Positions 17,674-27,972 of a DNA stretch of 64,000 bases are shown in pieces. Position numbers and translations under genes: made by a program. The DNA comes from Pseudomonadota bacterium (GTDB taxonomy: Bacteria > Pseudomonadota > Alphaproteobacteria > Caulobacterales > Parvularculaceae). The stretch is from assembly GCA_039819405.1 (NCBI GenBank), contig JBCBSB010000008.1, positions 451 to 64,450 of the forward strand, written 5' to 3'. Position 1 is the stretch's first letter. The number at the start of each line of letters is the position of its first letter. Under the pieces are notes generated by a model, which ran no database searches, had not been told where the DNA came from, and saw only the letters and a program-made list of their open reading frames with translations.

Positions 17674-18144
17674 ATGAAATTTATTCACTGGGCGTGGAGC
17701 ATCATACTGCTCAGCCTTATCGGCTGCGGGTCGCCAGTGCCGTCAGGCATGTATCTGACAATGAGCGTTTCGACATATGACGTCGCTGTCGCCACGGCGC
17801 TCAATGGCGAGCCGAACACTTTCCTGTCGAGCGACAATGGCTCGATGACCGGAAGCATGCCGCTTAACAAATTCATCCATGCGGGCGAAAACGAGATCGC
17901 TTTCGAGCTGACCCCTGTCGATACAGGCGACGACGGGCTGGAGCCGAGCCTGCTTGCAACGCTCGAAATCACGCTCAAAGGCGAGTATGTCGATACTCAG
18001 GCCCCAGGAGAGCGAACGATTTTTAGCCGCGAATTGACAAGCGAAGAAGCAGACACGCTTATCACAGGCGAAACGGTTACAATCATTCAAAGCTTCACTG
18101 TCGACAAAACCAGTCTGGAAACCATCAAGACAAACGCAGATTAA
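17674..18144 (+). CDS. Hypothetical lipoprotein
   Basis: ATG 17674 after a ggggag RBS. Lipobox LSLIGC. Confidence 0.5.
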   Translation: MKFIHWAWSIILLSLIGCGSPVPSGMYLTMSVSTYDVAVATALNGEPNTFLSSDNGSMTGSMPLNKFIHAGENEIAFELTPVDTGDDGLEPSLLATLEITLKGEYVDTQAPGERTIFSRELTSEEADTLITGETVTIIQSFTVDKTSLETIKTNAD

Positions 18145-18200
18145 ACGGTCCTGGCCGGGCGCTATCGGAAACGTTCATTCATCTCACAAGGGACGCCGCC

Positions 18201-19550
18201 ATGAAAATTCGCAACACCCTTCTCACGGTTATGTTGAGCTTGATTACAGCGCCAGCCTTTGCGCAGGAAGTCACCGACCCGGCGACGCCGGAAATCCTTT
18301 CGATGCGCGAGCGGGCGGCGGTGCGCGACGCCTGGCTAATTGAACGTCTGGACACGGTCATCCCGCAGGTTATGCGCCGGGAAGGCGCAGACATGTGGGT
18401 CTTGATCGCCCGTGAATATAATGAAGACCCCGTGGTCAAAACGATGTTGCCCGCGACCTGGTTGCGCGCGCGGCGGCGCACCGTGCTTGTGTTTTTCGAT
18501 ACGGGCGAAGGCCCGGTCGAACGCCTTGCGGTTTCGCGCTACCCCGTGGGCGACGCCTTCCCCGCCGCGTGGACGCCGGAAGAACAGCCAGACCAATGGG
18601 CGCGCCTTGCAGAGATCGTCGCCGAGCGCGACCCGAAACGCATTATCGTCAATGTATCCGAAGAATTCGGCCTGGCGGATGGAACCAGCCATCAGCAATA
18701 TGAGGAATTCATCACCGCCCTGCCGCGCAAATATCGCAGTCGCGTTGACAGCTCGGAGGATCTCGCCATCGGCTGGCTGGAAACGCGCATCCCGGCGGAG
18801 ATGGAGGTCTACCCTTCAATCGTTCGGATCGCCCATTCCATCCTTGCCGAAGCGCTGTCGGAGAACGTCATCACGCCCGACGAGACAACAACGGATGACG
18901 TTTCCTGGTGGTTGCGCGAACGGGTGCGCGATTTAAACATCATTACATGGTTCCATCCGAGCGTTTCCGTTGCGCGTCAGGCCAACGATGATGCGTCAGT
19001 CTCCATGGCCGCTCTCAAAGAGGACAAAGTCATCCGCCGCGGCGATCTTCTGCATGTGGATTTCGGGATCACATATCTCGGCCTCAACACGGACACTCAA
19101 CATCACGCTTATGTTTTGAAGGAAGGCGAGACCGATGCGCCGCAAGGGCTGAAAGACGGCCTCGCCGCCGCCAACCAGGTGCAGGATTTTCTCACTGAGT
19201 CCTATGAGGCGGGCGCGAGCAGCAATGACATCCTGACCGCCACACGCGCCAAATCCATCGCCGCCGGTTTGCGGCCAAGCATTTATTCGCACCCGCTCGG
19301 CTTTCATGGCCACGGCGCCGGCTCGCCCATCGGCTGGTGGGACAATCAGGGCCCTGACCACCCGAAGGGGTATCGCGCCTTACAGCCCGACACCGCCTGG
19401 TCGATTGAGTTGAACGCGACGCATTCAGTACCGGAATGGGACAGTGAGGACGTCATGTTCAAACTTGAAGAAGACGCCTTCTTCGATGGCGAGACGGTCA
19501 CGTATCTCGATGGCCGCCAGACCGAACTTCATCTGATCCCGCGCCAATAG
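18201..19550 (+). CDS. M24 family metallopeptidase (Xaa-Pro peptidase-like), secreted
   Basis: Signal peptide; the pita-bread motifs are GDLLHVDFGITYLGLNTD and HPLGFHGHGAG. Confidence 0.7.
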   Translation: MKIRNTLLTVMLSLITAPAFAQEVTDPATPEILSMRERAAVRDAWLIERLDTVIPQVMRREGADMWVLIAREYNEDPVVKTMLPATWLRARRRTVLVFFDTGEGPVERLAVSRYPVGDAFPAAWTPEEQPDQWARLAEIVAERDPKRIIVNVSEEFGLADGTSHQQYEEFITALPRKYRSRVDSSEDLAIGWLETRIPAEMEVYPSIVRIAHSILAEALSENVITPDETTTDDVSWWLRERVRDLNIITWFHPSVSVARQANDDASVSMAALKEDKVIRRGDLLHVDFGITYLGLNTDTQHHAYVLKEGETDAPQGLKDGLAAANQVQDFLTESYEAGASSNDILTATRAKSIAAGLRPSIYSHPLGFHGHGAGSPIGWWDNQGPDHPKGYRALQPDTAWSIELNATHSVPEWDSEDVMFKLEEDAFFDGETVTYLDGRQTELHLIPRQ

Positions 19551-19575
19551 CTAACCGGGGCGAAAGCAATGAAAC

Positions 19576-20061
19576 ATGCTTGAAGGTTATTCATTCATAA
19601 CGCTGGGCGTTTTCGTCGCCGTCAATTTTCTGGCCGCGTCCAGCGGCGCCATCTTCAAGCCCGGCGATTGGTACAAGTCTCTGACAAAACCGGGATGGAC
19701 GCCCCCCAACTGGGCGTTCCCGGTCGTCTGGACCGCGCTGTTCCTGATGAACGCGGTCGCCGGCTGGCTGGTCTGGGAAGCCGCGCCGTCAAACGCCGGG
19801 CTGATCTTTTCAGCCTACGGCCTCAGCCTCGTCATCAATGCAGGCTGGTCAGCGCTCTTTTTCGGCATGCGGCGCATGGATCTGTCGCTTATTGACGTTT
19901 CCGCGCTGTGGCTCTCCATCGCGCTCGTCATGGCGCTTTTTGCAGGCGTGACCCCACTCGCGAGCATCTTGCTCTTACCTTATCTCGCCTGGGTCAGTCT
20001 GGCGGGCGTCCTCAACTTTCGGATGCTGCAGCTCAATCCGCACCAAAGCAAAGGCGCCTGA
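19576..20061 (+). CDS. tspO: TspO/MBR tryptophan-rich sensory protein
   Basis: GDWYKSLTKPGWTPPNWAFPVVWTALF, with five helices. Confidence 0.85.
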   Translation: MLEGYSFITLGVFVAVNFLAASSGAIFKPGDWYKSLTKPGWTPPNWAFPVVWTALFLMNAVAGWLVWEAAPSNAGLIFSAYGLSLVINAGWSALFFGMRRMDLSLIDVSALWLSIALVMALFAGVTPLASILLLPYLAWVSLAGVLNFRMLQLNPHQSKGA

Positions 20062-20067
20062 GACACC

Positions 20068-20700
20068 CTATTCGACTTCCGGCCATTCAACCGGGTCGAT
20101 CCGGGTAATGAAAATTTTCTCTAACGGCGCTTCCGCACCAAAGGGCCCGCCCGGTCCGGTTTTAACATTTCCAATAGAGTCGGCGACGTCCATTCCGTCA
20201 ACGACGCGCCCGAACACTGCATAACCGTAAATTGGCCCGAGATCGGTAACGCGATGGTCCAGTTCTTCATTGTCGCGCAGATTGATGAACCACTGCGCCT
20301 GCGCGCTGTCGGGACGATCGCCGCGCGCCATGGCGATTGTACCGCGCAAGTTCTTAAGTCCCTTATCACCCTCATAAGGGATCGGGTCGCGCAATACGCG
20401 TTCGGTGTAGAGCGTTGAATAACCGCCTCCCTGAATAACGTAATCTTTGACCACACGATGAATAAGGGTTCGATCATAATGACCGCTTGTGGCGTATTCG
20501 AGAAAGTTCGCGACCGTAATGGGCGCTGCGTCCGGCGCGAGTTCGACAATCACGTCGCCCATGGATGTCTGGATTTTTGCGTGGGTTACTTCTTGCGCGA
20601 CCGCGGCATTAGTCGCGGCGCTAAAAACGAGCGCCAAAGTACAAATAAGTTTTCGTCCTTCAGCAACTGCTCTGCGCCGTCCAACTACTTTTCCGCTCAT
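20068..20700 (-). CDS. Cyclophilin-type peptidyl-prolyl cis-trans isomerase (exported)
   Basis: GDVIVELAPDAAPITVANFLEY...HRVVKDYVIQGGGY...GTIAMAR. The first ATG after the REP-derived codons is at 20700, which lies inside the REP element. Confidence 0.8.
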   Translation of the reverse strand: MSGKVVGRRRAVAEGRKLICTLALVFSAATNAAVAQEVTHAKIQTSMGDVIVELAPDAAPITVANFLEYATSGHYDRTLIHRVVKDYVIQGGGYSTLYTERVLRDPIPYEGDKGLKNLRGTIAMARGDRPDSAQAQWFINLRDNEELDHRVTDLGPIYGYAVFGRVVDGMDVADSIGNVKTGPGGPFGAEAPLEKIFITRIDPVEWPEVE

Positions 20701-20765
20701 TCCCGCGAAGGCGGGAATCCAGAAAGCATTACATATTGGATTCCCGCCTTCGCGGGAATGAGCGG
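20694..20765. repeat. REP/MITE-like paired palindromic element (family copy C)
   Basis: cgctcattcccgcgaaggcgggaatccag ... ttggattcccgccttcgcgggaatgagcgg. The two arms are near-perfect inverted repeats. Confidence 0.85.
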
Positions 20766-20786
20766 GATTGGCGGTTTCGTGATTCA

Positions 20787-22448
20787 TTATGTCATGTCCT
20801 CGCGTCCGCGAATTTCGTTAATCCGGTCGATCAACCCATTTGTCGATGCGTCATGACCTGTCGCAGGCGGCTTTTCGCCGCCAAGTTCCGGCAGAATTGT
20901 TTTGGCCAGAGTTTTACCAAGCTCGACGCCCCACTGATCAAAGGAGTTAATTCCCCAGATTACCCCTTGCACAAAGATTTTGTGCTCGTAGAGCGCGATG
21001 AGAGCGCCCAGCGTTTCAGGCGTTAGCTTATCCATCAGGATTGAATTGGTCGGACGGTCTCCGGGAAATGTCTTGTGGGCGGCCAGCGCATCAATCTCTG
21101 CCTGCGGGTGGCCCTCTGCGGCGAGTTCGGCGCGCGCTTCATCTTCCGTTTTCCCGCGCATCAACGCTTCGGTCTGCGCCAGGAAATTCGACAGGAGTTT
21201 TGGATGATGATCGCCTGACTCATGCTGACTGATCGCCGGGGCGATAAAGTCAGCGGAGATCAGGTCAGTTCCCTGGTGCAAAAGTTGATAGAACGCATGC
21301 TGACCGTTCGTGCCTGGCTCGCCAAAGATCACCGGACCGGTTTTCACCGTAACCGCTTCACCGGCGCTTGTGGCGCGCTTACCGTTTGATTCCATATCCG
21401 CCTGCTGAAGATAAGCGGGCAATCGGTGCAGGTGCTGGTCATACGGCAATATGGCGTGACTGGCCGCGCCCATGAAGTTCCGGTCCCAGACGCCGATCAG
21501 CGCCAGCATGACGGCCATGTTCTCTCGCAAAGGGGCGGTGCGGAAATGCTCGTCCATCGCATGCGCGCCGCGCAGGAGTTTCTCAAAATTCGAAAAACCC
21601 ACCTGCAAGGCGATCGACAACCCGATGACCGACCAGAGGGAATAGCGTCCCCCAACCCAGTCCCAGAACACAAACATGTTTTCCCGGTCGATTCCAAAAC
21701 TCTCAACGGCGTGCGCGTTGGTGGAAAGCGCGACAAAGTGTTTCGCAATATCCGTTTCAAGCGCGCCGCTCGCGAGGAGCCAGGCTTTCGCACTTTGCGC
21801 ATTCGTCATCGTCTCCTGCGTCGTAAAGGTCTTGGAGGCGATAATGAAAAGCGTCGTTTCCAGATTGATCTGCGCCAGCGTGTCAGCGAGATGCTGTCCG
21901 TCGACATTGGAAACGAAAAACGCCCGCCGCCCGTCGAGCCAATAGGGCCGCAACGCTTCGACGACCATCTGCGGACCTAAATCCGAACCGCCAATGCCGA
22001 TATTGACGACTGTGTCGAGCGGTTTACCTGTATAGCCGACGCGTGCGCCAGTATGGATCGACGCGGCGAAGACTTTCATCTTTTCCAGCTCGGCCCGCAC
22101 CGCCGGCGATATATTTTCGCCCCCGACATGGTAATCACGCATGGAAAAATCGCGCAGCGCCGGATGCAGGACAGCCCTGTTCTCAGTCACATTGATCGGC
22201 TCGCCATCGAACATGCGCTTGCGCGCACCTTCAACATCCGACTTGTCCGCCAGCGCGATCAGATGATCGACTGCATCGTCATTGATCTTATTTTTGGAAA
22301 CATCGAGAAATAGCCCCGCAGCCTCGATCCCATAACGCTCAAAACGCGCCGGATCGTCCTCAAACAGACGCCGCATCGTCGTCGCGCCGAGCGCGGCGGC
22401 GTCCTGCTCCAGTATCTTCCAGACTTCAGACAGCGAGATATCGCTCAT
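20787..22448 (-). CDS. pgi: Glucose-6-phosphate isomerase
   Basis: Full-length PGI signature: [23 protein letters not shown] and [18 protein letters not shown]. Confidence 0.92.
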   Translation of the reverse strand: MSDISLSEVWKILEQDAAALGATTMRRLFEDDPARFERYGIEAAGLFLDVSKNKINDDAVDHLIALADKSDVEGARKRMFDGEPINVTENRAVLHPALRDFSMRDYHVGGENISPAVRAELEKMKVFAASIHTGARVGYTGKPLDTVVNIGIGGSDLGPQMVVEALRPYWLDGRRAFFVSNVDGQHLADTLAQINLETTLFIIASKTFTTQETMTNAQSAKAWLLASGALETDIAKHFVALSTNAHAVESFGIDRENMFVFWDWVGGRYSLWSVIGLSIALQVGFSNFEKLLRGAHAMDEHFRTAPLRENMAVMLALIGVWDRNFMGAASHAILPYDQHLHRLPAYLQQADMESNGKRATSAGEAVTVKTGPVIFGEPGTNGQHAFYQLLHQGTDLISADFIAPAISQHESGDHHPKLLSNFLAQTEALMRGKTEDEARAELAAEGHPQAEIDALAAHKTFPGDRPTNSILMDKLTPETLGALIALYEHKIFVQGVIWGINSFDQWGVELGKTLAKTILPELGGEKPPATGHDASTNGLIDRINEIRGREDMT

Positions 22449-22459
22449 AGCGGGGTTCC

Positions 22460-22702
22460 GTGGCTTATCGTCGAATTGATACGGATTTTAACAGTCATCC
22501 TCAACGCGTTTTAAGGATGAACGTTTATTCATTACACATGAGCAACGCTACAACCCCCGCTAAACTTCTTCCCCGAATGCTGACCAGCCTGGCCGCAATC
22601 GCCGCTGTTTCAGCCATTTTCGGCGTGAAAGCGTTTGAGAGCCATAGTGACGGCGTCAGCGCTCAGCATGTAGCGATGACAGAAGCTCGTCAGGCCAAGT
22701 AA
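22460..22702 (+). CDS. Possible small membrane protein
   Basis: ORF with one hydrophobic helix ([16 protein letters not shown]). No other support. Confidence 0.25.
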   Translation: MAYRRIDTDFNSHPQRVLRMNVYSLHMSNATTPAKLLPRMLTSLAAIAAVSAIFGVKAFESHSDGVSAQHVAMTEARQAK

Positions 22703-22722
22703 GCAAAAAACGGCGCCCCCGG

Positions 22723-24831
22723 TCAGGATGCGCCCGATAGCGCACTCACCACTATTTTTCGGGAAAGCGCAGGCGGCAAAATCTGCGCCGGCTCGCCTTT
22801 CGGATAAAAGGCATAAAGCGGCACGCCGCTCGCCCCAAAGGCCTGCAGCGCCTCGGTGATCAATGGATCGCGGACGGTCCAGTCGGCGACCATCAGCACC
22901 GTTCCTGTCGCCGCGAAGGCGTCAGCGACCTCATCGCTTTTCAGAACCGTCATCTTGTTGAACTGACAGGTGACGCACCAGGCGGCGGTGAAATCAACAA
23001 AAACCGGGGTTCCTTCCGCGCGATAGGCGGCGAGGCGCTCAGCGCCATACGCCTCTGAAGCAATAGCGCCATAAGCGCCCTGGGGGGGAGCGGCCGCCAC
23101 AGCCGCCGGCTCAATTCTCATCAACGGGAGGACAGCCAGAAGCGCCGCCAGCGCCGATGCGCCGCGCACGCCAATCGCCCATGGGCCATCGCCCTTGCTC
23201 TTTTCAAACAGCCAGGCGGCAAGCGCCAGCAGGACGGCGCCCGCGAGAATAAACGCAAGCCCCGTAGCGCCCGTCTGCCGTGAGAAAACCCAGAGGAAAT
23301 ACGCCGCCGCCGCAAAAACCGGGAACGCCAACACCTGTTTCAAAATCGCCATCCACGGGCCGGGACGCGGCAGGAAACGGCCGGCGGATGGAATAAAAGA
23401 CAAGACGAGATAGGGCGTCGCCAGGCCGAGCCCCATCAGCAAGAAAATCAGCATGCCGATTGCCGCCGGCTGCATCAGCGCGGCGCCCATGGGCGCGGTC
23501 AATAAAGGACCAATGCATGGCGCGGCGACGACCACAGCAAGGGTTCCGGTAAAAAAGGCGCCGGCGGCGCCCCCTTTGCGCGTCAGGCTGTCGCCAGCCC
23601 CTGCGAGGCTTTCAGCGACGTGAAAAAAGCCGAAAAGATTAAGGCCAACCATAAACAAGACGTAAGCCGACAGGGCGACAACGACCGGGGACTGCAGATG
23701 GAAACCCCAGCCGAGCTGTTCGCCGCCAGCCCGCAGGACAAGCAAAAGGCCGCCCATCAACGCAAAGGTCGACAAAACGCCCGCAGTGAACAAAAGGCCA
23801 TGCTCACGCACGGCTTTCTGGTCCGTCCGGGCGCTTTCCATGAAAGATGCCGCTTTAACGAAAATAATCGGAAAGACGCACGGCATGATATTGAGAATGA
23901 CGCCGCCCAGAAACGCCAGCACGAGATACCAGACGATGCCGCCGGTGGAGGCCGCGACCGTCACTTGCGGAGCGTCGCCGTCAAGCGTCATAAGCGGGCC
24001 ATCAACAAGGGCGCTCACGCTCAGTGCGTTTTCTTGCCCGGCGCCGTCCTGATAGGTGATCACCCCTTCGAGAGTTTGCGCGTCATAGCTGTCAACCCAG
24101 CCCGGCTCCATCAAGATCGTCAGCACACCGTCTTTGACGGACGCCTCTTGCGCCGCCGCCGGAGTCGTCAGCCCCTCAACTACCGGGAAAAAGAAAACGT
24201 CATCTGCGCCGCCATCACTCCATGGCTGAACCTGTAATGAGAGCCGCCCTTTATTGCGCGATATCTGCGCCTCCCCGTCATGGGATTTCGGTAGTGCGTT
24301 ACGGGCGCGATCAAACATCGGGCTTGCATCGGCGCGTCGTTCCGCACTCGTCACGACAGGCAACGCAAACTCAAAACGCGCATCCTCTGGCACGCATATC
24401 TGCTCACAGGCCTGCCAGGCCGCATCAATCACGACATCGATCATGTCGCCCGGTGAGGCGCTCAGCGGTGCCGTTACCGAAACCAGAAATACCGGCTCAC
24501 CTTCATGGGCGTAGCTCGCCAGCGGCCCTACGGGAATATATTCCGGCGCCGGATGCAGGATTTCACCGACCTCAAACCCGTCAGGCAAATCCCATTGCGT
24601 GTTGAGCGGAATGCCGGCGTCACCCGGGTTGACCCAGAAGACATGCCAGTGGTCGCGCACTTCCTGACGGATGGCGAACCATGTCGTCTCGCCCGGGGCA
24701 ATCCCGTTAGTCTCAGGAATGATCTCCGTCGTCGTATATTCTGTTACAACACGCGAAGCCGCGTTCGCCGTACCGGCGAGCGCGAGCGCCGTCAGCAAGA
24801 TGACCATCATTTGAGAGAATCGTAAAAACAT
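22723..24831 (-). CDS. DsbD/ScsB-like thiol:disulfide reductase (N-terminal periplasmic domain, DsbD membrane core, C-terminal thioredoxin)
   Basis: Signal peptide; the membrane core contains NIMPCVFPII; the C-terminal thioredoxin motif is AAWCVTCQ. Confidence 0.8.
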   Translation of the reverse strand: MFLRFSQMMVILLTALALAGTANAASRVVTEYTTTEIIPETNGIAPGETTWFAIRQEVRDHWHVFWVNPGDAGIPLNTQWDLPDGFEVGEILHPAPEYIPVGPLASYAHEGEPVFLVSVTAPLSASPGDMIDVVIDAAWQACEQICVPEDARFEFALPVVTSAERRADASPMFDRARNALPKSHDGEAQISRNKGRLSLQVQPWSDGGADDVFFFPVVEGLTTPAAAQEASVKDGVLTILMEPGWVDSYDAQTLEGVITYQDGAGQENALSVSALVDGPLMTLDGDAPQVTVAASTGGIVWYLVLAFLGGVILNIMPCVFPIIFVKAASFMESARTDQKAVREHGLLFTAGVLSTFALMGGLLLVLRAGGEQLGWGFHLQSPVVVALSAYVLFMVGLNLFGFFHVAESLAGAGDSLTRKGGAAGAFFTGTLAVVVAAPCIGPLLTAPMGAALMQPAAIGMLIFLLMGLGLATPYLVLSFIPSAGRFLPRPGPWMAILKQVLAFPVFAAAAYFLWVFSRQTGATGLAFILAGAVLLALAAWLFEKSKGDGPWAIGVRGASALAALLAVLPLMRIEPAAVAAAPPQGAYGAIASEAYGAERLAAYRAEGTPVFVDFTAAWCVTCQFNKMTVLKSDEVADAFAATGTVLMVADWTVRDPLITEALQAFGASGVPLYAFYPKGEPAQILPPALSRKIVVSALSGAS

Positions 24832-24908
24832 CGCGCCTTGTTATCGAAGGCGGGCGGGCGCGCCAATACAATTCAGCGTCGCAGGCCGCCTCCTCAGGCG
24901 AATGTGAT

Positions 24909-24948
24909 AAAAAGAGAGCCCGGGCGCATATTGCGCCGCCGGGCTCCC
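24909..24948 (-). terminator. Rho-independent terminator after the SapC-family gene
   Basis: The minus strand reads gagcccggcggcgcaatatgcgcccgggctc followed by tcttttta. Confidence 0.7.
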
Positions 24949-24965
24949 TGATTCGCATCGATAAT

Positions 24966-25757
24966 TTAGTTAACAGCGCGATCCAGGATTCTGTCTTCGG
25001 TCAGACCGAAACGTTCAGCCCGGCGTTGCAGCATTTTGCGCCAGTTACCCATAGACATGATCAGGGCGTAAATCACCGCGAGAGCGCCTTGTTCGCGCAA
25101 TGAAAGATACTGCTCGTCTGACAGCGCATTCAGCTTGTTTTCATCAATGCCGAAATATTCAGCAAACGTTTTTGGCTCAGTCTCACCCTTTGGGGTGAAA
25201 TGCGCGTTCTGACCCTGGATAATATCAAAAGGCTTCAATCGCGAAACAAATTCATCCGTAAGCATACGGTCCTGCTCGAAAGCCTGACAGAAATCGATTG
25301 TCGACTGCAGCATCTCTGTCGGTTCGCCGTTATTGAAAAAAGGAAATTCACTATCCGGCTTGACGCCGTCAAATGCCGTGTCGACGACAATCGCCATGCG
25401 ATCGCTGCCGGTCTCATTCGCCAACCCAAATGGATATCGGCGGGCGTATCCCGGAATATAACGATTGGCTTCCCAGTTTCCGTTTTCATCTACGAATAAA
25501 TTTACATCGTCAATTAAGCCTACGACGGCCAGGAGAGCAGGGTTATCCATGCCCATGAAAACAATTGGATAGTCCTGAGACGCGGCCGGCACCTCACCCA
25601 CTGTAATCGGGATCGCACGCACCTTGCTGCAAAAGCCAAACCGTTTCGTCGGATTGCTCATGCCAAGCTCACCGTGCTGTTCCTTGTTCAGCAGCTCGGG
25701 GCGCTCGAACAGAAACATCTTACCCGTCAGTTCCGGGGTCCCTTGCGTCTCGCTCAT
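24966..25757 (-). CDS. SapC family protein
   Basis: FERPELLNKEQHGEL...VRAIPITVGEVPAASQDYPIVF fits the SapC N-terminal pattern. ATG (MSETQG) at 25757. Confidence 0.7.
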   Translation of the reverse strand: MSETQGTPELTGKMFLFERPELLNKEQHGELGMSNPTKRFGFCSKVRAIPITVGEVPAASQDYPIVFMGMDNPALLAVVGLIDDVNLFVDENGNWEANRYIPGYARRYPFGLANETGSDRMAIVVDTAFDGVKPDSEFPFFNNGEPTEMLQSTIDFCQAFEQDRMLTDEFVSRLKPFDIIQGQNAHFTPKGETEPKTFAEYFGIDENKLNALSDEQYLSLREQGALAVIYALIMSMGNWRKMLQRRAERFGLTEDRILDRAVN

Positions 25758-25863
25758 CGTAGATCTTCCTATCGTTACGTCGCGCTGGCCTCGCACCGGC
25801 GCGGGGTCTGATGACCATCATTCGGCGGCACGCTTAGCAAAAAGGGGCGCAACGTCCAAGTGC

Positions 25864-26778
25864 TCAGCCCGGTTTTCGTGAAATCACCGAAATTTGGCCC
25901 GCGCCGCGGATAAAATCAGCACACTCGGCAGGGTCCTCCATCGGCGCAAGATGCGAAAGACTTGCCGATTCCGTCAGAGAAACACCCCATCTGAGGCATC
26001 GCCGCCGGGCGCTTTTAAGAACGGTGGTGTTATCCAACCGCCCCGCAAAAACCGATACCGGGACGGCGTGTCCGCGAACGGCGCTGGAGAACTTCGTATC
26101 GAGCGCTGTAAAGGTCGCCGCCTCCCAGTCGGGATGACAGGCGAGCGTAACCCCATCGCCAGCCGCCTCTCCCCGCAAACCATCTTCCAGATAATCTGCA
26201 AGGACACCGTCGGCCCAGTTCGAAAAAACCGCCTTGCCCGCGTAGGATTTCATAACTTCCGCCTGACCTGGCCATTGCGACCGGCGCTGCGCGGCGCGCC
26301 GGGCCATAGGAGAACGCCGGCCAATGAACCTCCAGAAAGGCGCCCGCGCCGCGAGCGCCACCAATGGCGGAATAACGACCGGTTCGATGAGCGCCAGCGC
26401 TGTAATATCTGATCGACGTTTCGCCGCCAGAGCCGCCGCAATGGCGCCCATTGAATGACCGGCGAGGACCCATTTCTGTTTGGGCTGCGTTTCCAGAAAG
26501 GCGACGACATCACTCGCGTAAACTCGCCATGACCGGAGACGGCCCGGGTCCGCCGGCAGGCTTGCGCCGCCATGACCGCGCATATCCAGCGCATAAATGT
26601 CAAACTCATTGCTGAGATGGCGTAGCATTTGTTTGTATGCGGATGCGCAAAAGCCTGTAGCGTGGCAAAACAGTAAAGCGGGCGCATCGCTGTTCTCCCA
26701 GCGCCAGCCCGCCAGATCGCCTTCTTTGAGGGCGACCGAAAAACGAACAGGATTGGAAGGCGAACCAGCGTCAGGCAT
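25864..26778 (-). CDS. Alpha/beta hydrolase
   Basis: Oxyanion-region HATGFC and nucleophile elbow GHSMGA. Confidence 0.75.
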   Translation of the reverse strand: MPDAGSPSNPVRFSVALKEGDLAGWRWENSDAPALLFCHATGFCASAYKQMLRHLSNEFDIYALDMRGHGGASLPADPGRLRSWRVYASDVVAFLETQPKQKWVLAGHSMGAIAAALAAKRRSDITALALIEPVVIPPLVALAARAPFWRFIGRRSPMARRAAQRRSQWPGQAEVMKSYAGKAVFSNWADGVLADYLEDGLRGEAAGDGVTLACHPDWEAATFTALDTKFSSAVRGHAVPVSVFAGRLDNTTVLKSARRRCLRWGVSLTESASLSHLAPMEDPAECADFIRGAGQISVISRKPG

Positions 26779-26818
26779 GCAGCTAATGTGACGGCGTTAC
26801 CGACAAAATCAATTTCAC

Positions 26819-27307
26819 TTAGCAGCCGGTGACGAGTTTATAGATCGCTTTCATATGCAGAACGTCTTCACGCGCGCGATGACGGTGCGGTGTTGTCTGA
26901 GAGGCGCTGGAAATGGCGGCGCTAACCTTTTCCGGTGAGAATTCTCGCAGAAGTTCGCCAAAATCCTTGAGCGGAAAACCCTGCTTTTCATCCGACGCGG
27001 AAAAAAGCCGGTAAAGCCAGAAGGCGTCCCAGTCCGGCGCATCGGAAAAAACATCGGTCCCGGCAAGCGCGTTATTCAGATACCGGCAAACGTCATTGAT
27101 CGGCTCGCCTTTTGTTTGCAGGATTTTTTGCGAAACGCCGTGCAGCGCTTCCGCCTGTTCATCCCAGGCCTCATTCAGCCAGTTTTCAGCCGGCGCAATG
27201 AGAAACGCCTCAGGTTCGCCGCCCGGAAAACACCAGCCGACTTCGATCGGCCAGGACGCAGCGCCAAGGCCGGAAGCCTCCAGATCAATGAATGCAATTT
27301 TCTTCAC
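26819..27307 (-). CDS. DEDD-type 3'-5' exonuclease domain protein
   Basis: KKIAFIDLEASGL is an ExoI motif. The start is uncertain: GTG 27307 avoids overlap with yjbQ, and ATG 27382 would overlap it. Confidence 0.6.
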   Translation of the reverse strand: MKKIAFIDLEASGLGAASWPIEVGWCFPGGEPEAFLIAPAENWLNEAWDEQAEALHGVSQKILQTKGEPINDVCRYLNNALAGTDVFSDAPDWDAFWLYRLFSASDEKQGFPLKDFGELLREFSPEKVSAAISSASQTTPHRHRAREDVLHMKAIYKLVTGC

Positions 27308-27338
27308 ACACGCCACAATTGCGATTAAACCGCCGCCT

Positions 27339-27749
27339 ATGCCACATATCCTGACAATTGACACGCCCGGTCGTGATCTCATTGAAATTACTGGAGAAAT
27401 CCGGAAATTGGTTGGCGGATCCAAGGTCCGCGCCGGTCTTATTCACCTGTTTATGCAGCACACGTCGGCGTCGCTTCTCATTCAGGAAAACGCCGATCCC
27501 GATGTGCGCCTCGATCTTCTCGCCTGTTTTGAAAAACTGGCGCCGGAAAACGCAGGCTATATCCATAACGCTGAAGGCCCTGATGACATGCCGGCCCATA
27601 TCCGGACCGCGTTGACGGCGACCTCGCTGTCGCTGCCGATCTTTGAAGGGGAGTTGGCGCTGGGGACCTGGCAGGGCGTTTATGTGTTTGAACATCGCCG
27701 CGCGGCGCATCGGCGCCGGATTGTGGCGACGATCATCAAAGAAGTTTGA
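27339..27749 (+). CDS. yjbQ: YjbQ/UPF0047 family protein (secondary thiamine-phosphate synthase-like)
   Basis: GLIHLFMQHTSASLLIQENADPDV...GPDDMPAHIRTAL...GELALGTWQGVYVFEHR. ATG 27339. The upstream part of the ORF is antisense to the exonuclease gene. Confidence 0.8.
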   Translation: MPHILTIDTPGRDLIEITGEIRKLVGGSKVRAGLIHLFMQHTSASLLIQENADPDVRLDLLACFEKLAPENAGYIHNAEGPDDMPAHIRTALTATSLSLPIFEGELALGTWQGVYVFEHRRAAHRRRIVATIIKEV

Positions 27750-27754
27750 TCCGG

Positions 27755-27943
27755 TCAGTGTTTGGGTTTGTAAACGCCGCTTTCAGGATCACGTTCATAA
27801 TCAATGATCATATCGCTCGTGCGTTTCGTCTTATCCCTTAGAGCATCTTTCAACTCGCGGGTCTGGCGGTCGACAAAACGGTAAAGCGCAACCGCGCCCG
27901 CTGCAGCAGCGACAGTCGCCACAAGAGTCGTCACTGCGCCCAT
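27755..27943 (-). CDS. Small membrane protein (62 aa)
   Basis: N-terminal helix GAVTTLVATVAAAAGAVALY followed by a charged tail. Tightly packed between neighbouring genes. Confidence 0.45.
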   Translation of the reverse strand: MGAVTTLVATVAAAAGAVALYRFVDRQTRELKDALRDKTKRTSDMIIDYERDPESGVYKPKH

Positions 27944-27972
27944 AATTCCATCCTCTCCTGCATTACGCCGAC

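Noticed and set aside
2288-20765. The REP-like repeats as a CRISPR array
   Set aside because: The copies are kilobases apart, occur as inverted pairs rather than direct repeats with uniform spacers, and no cas genes are present.
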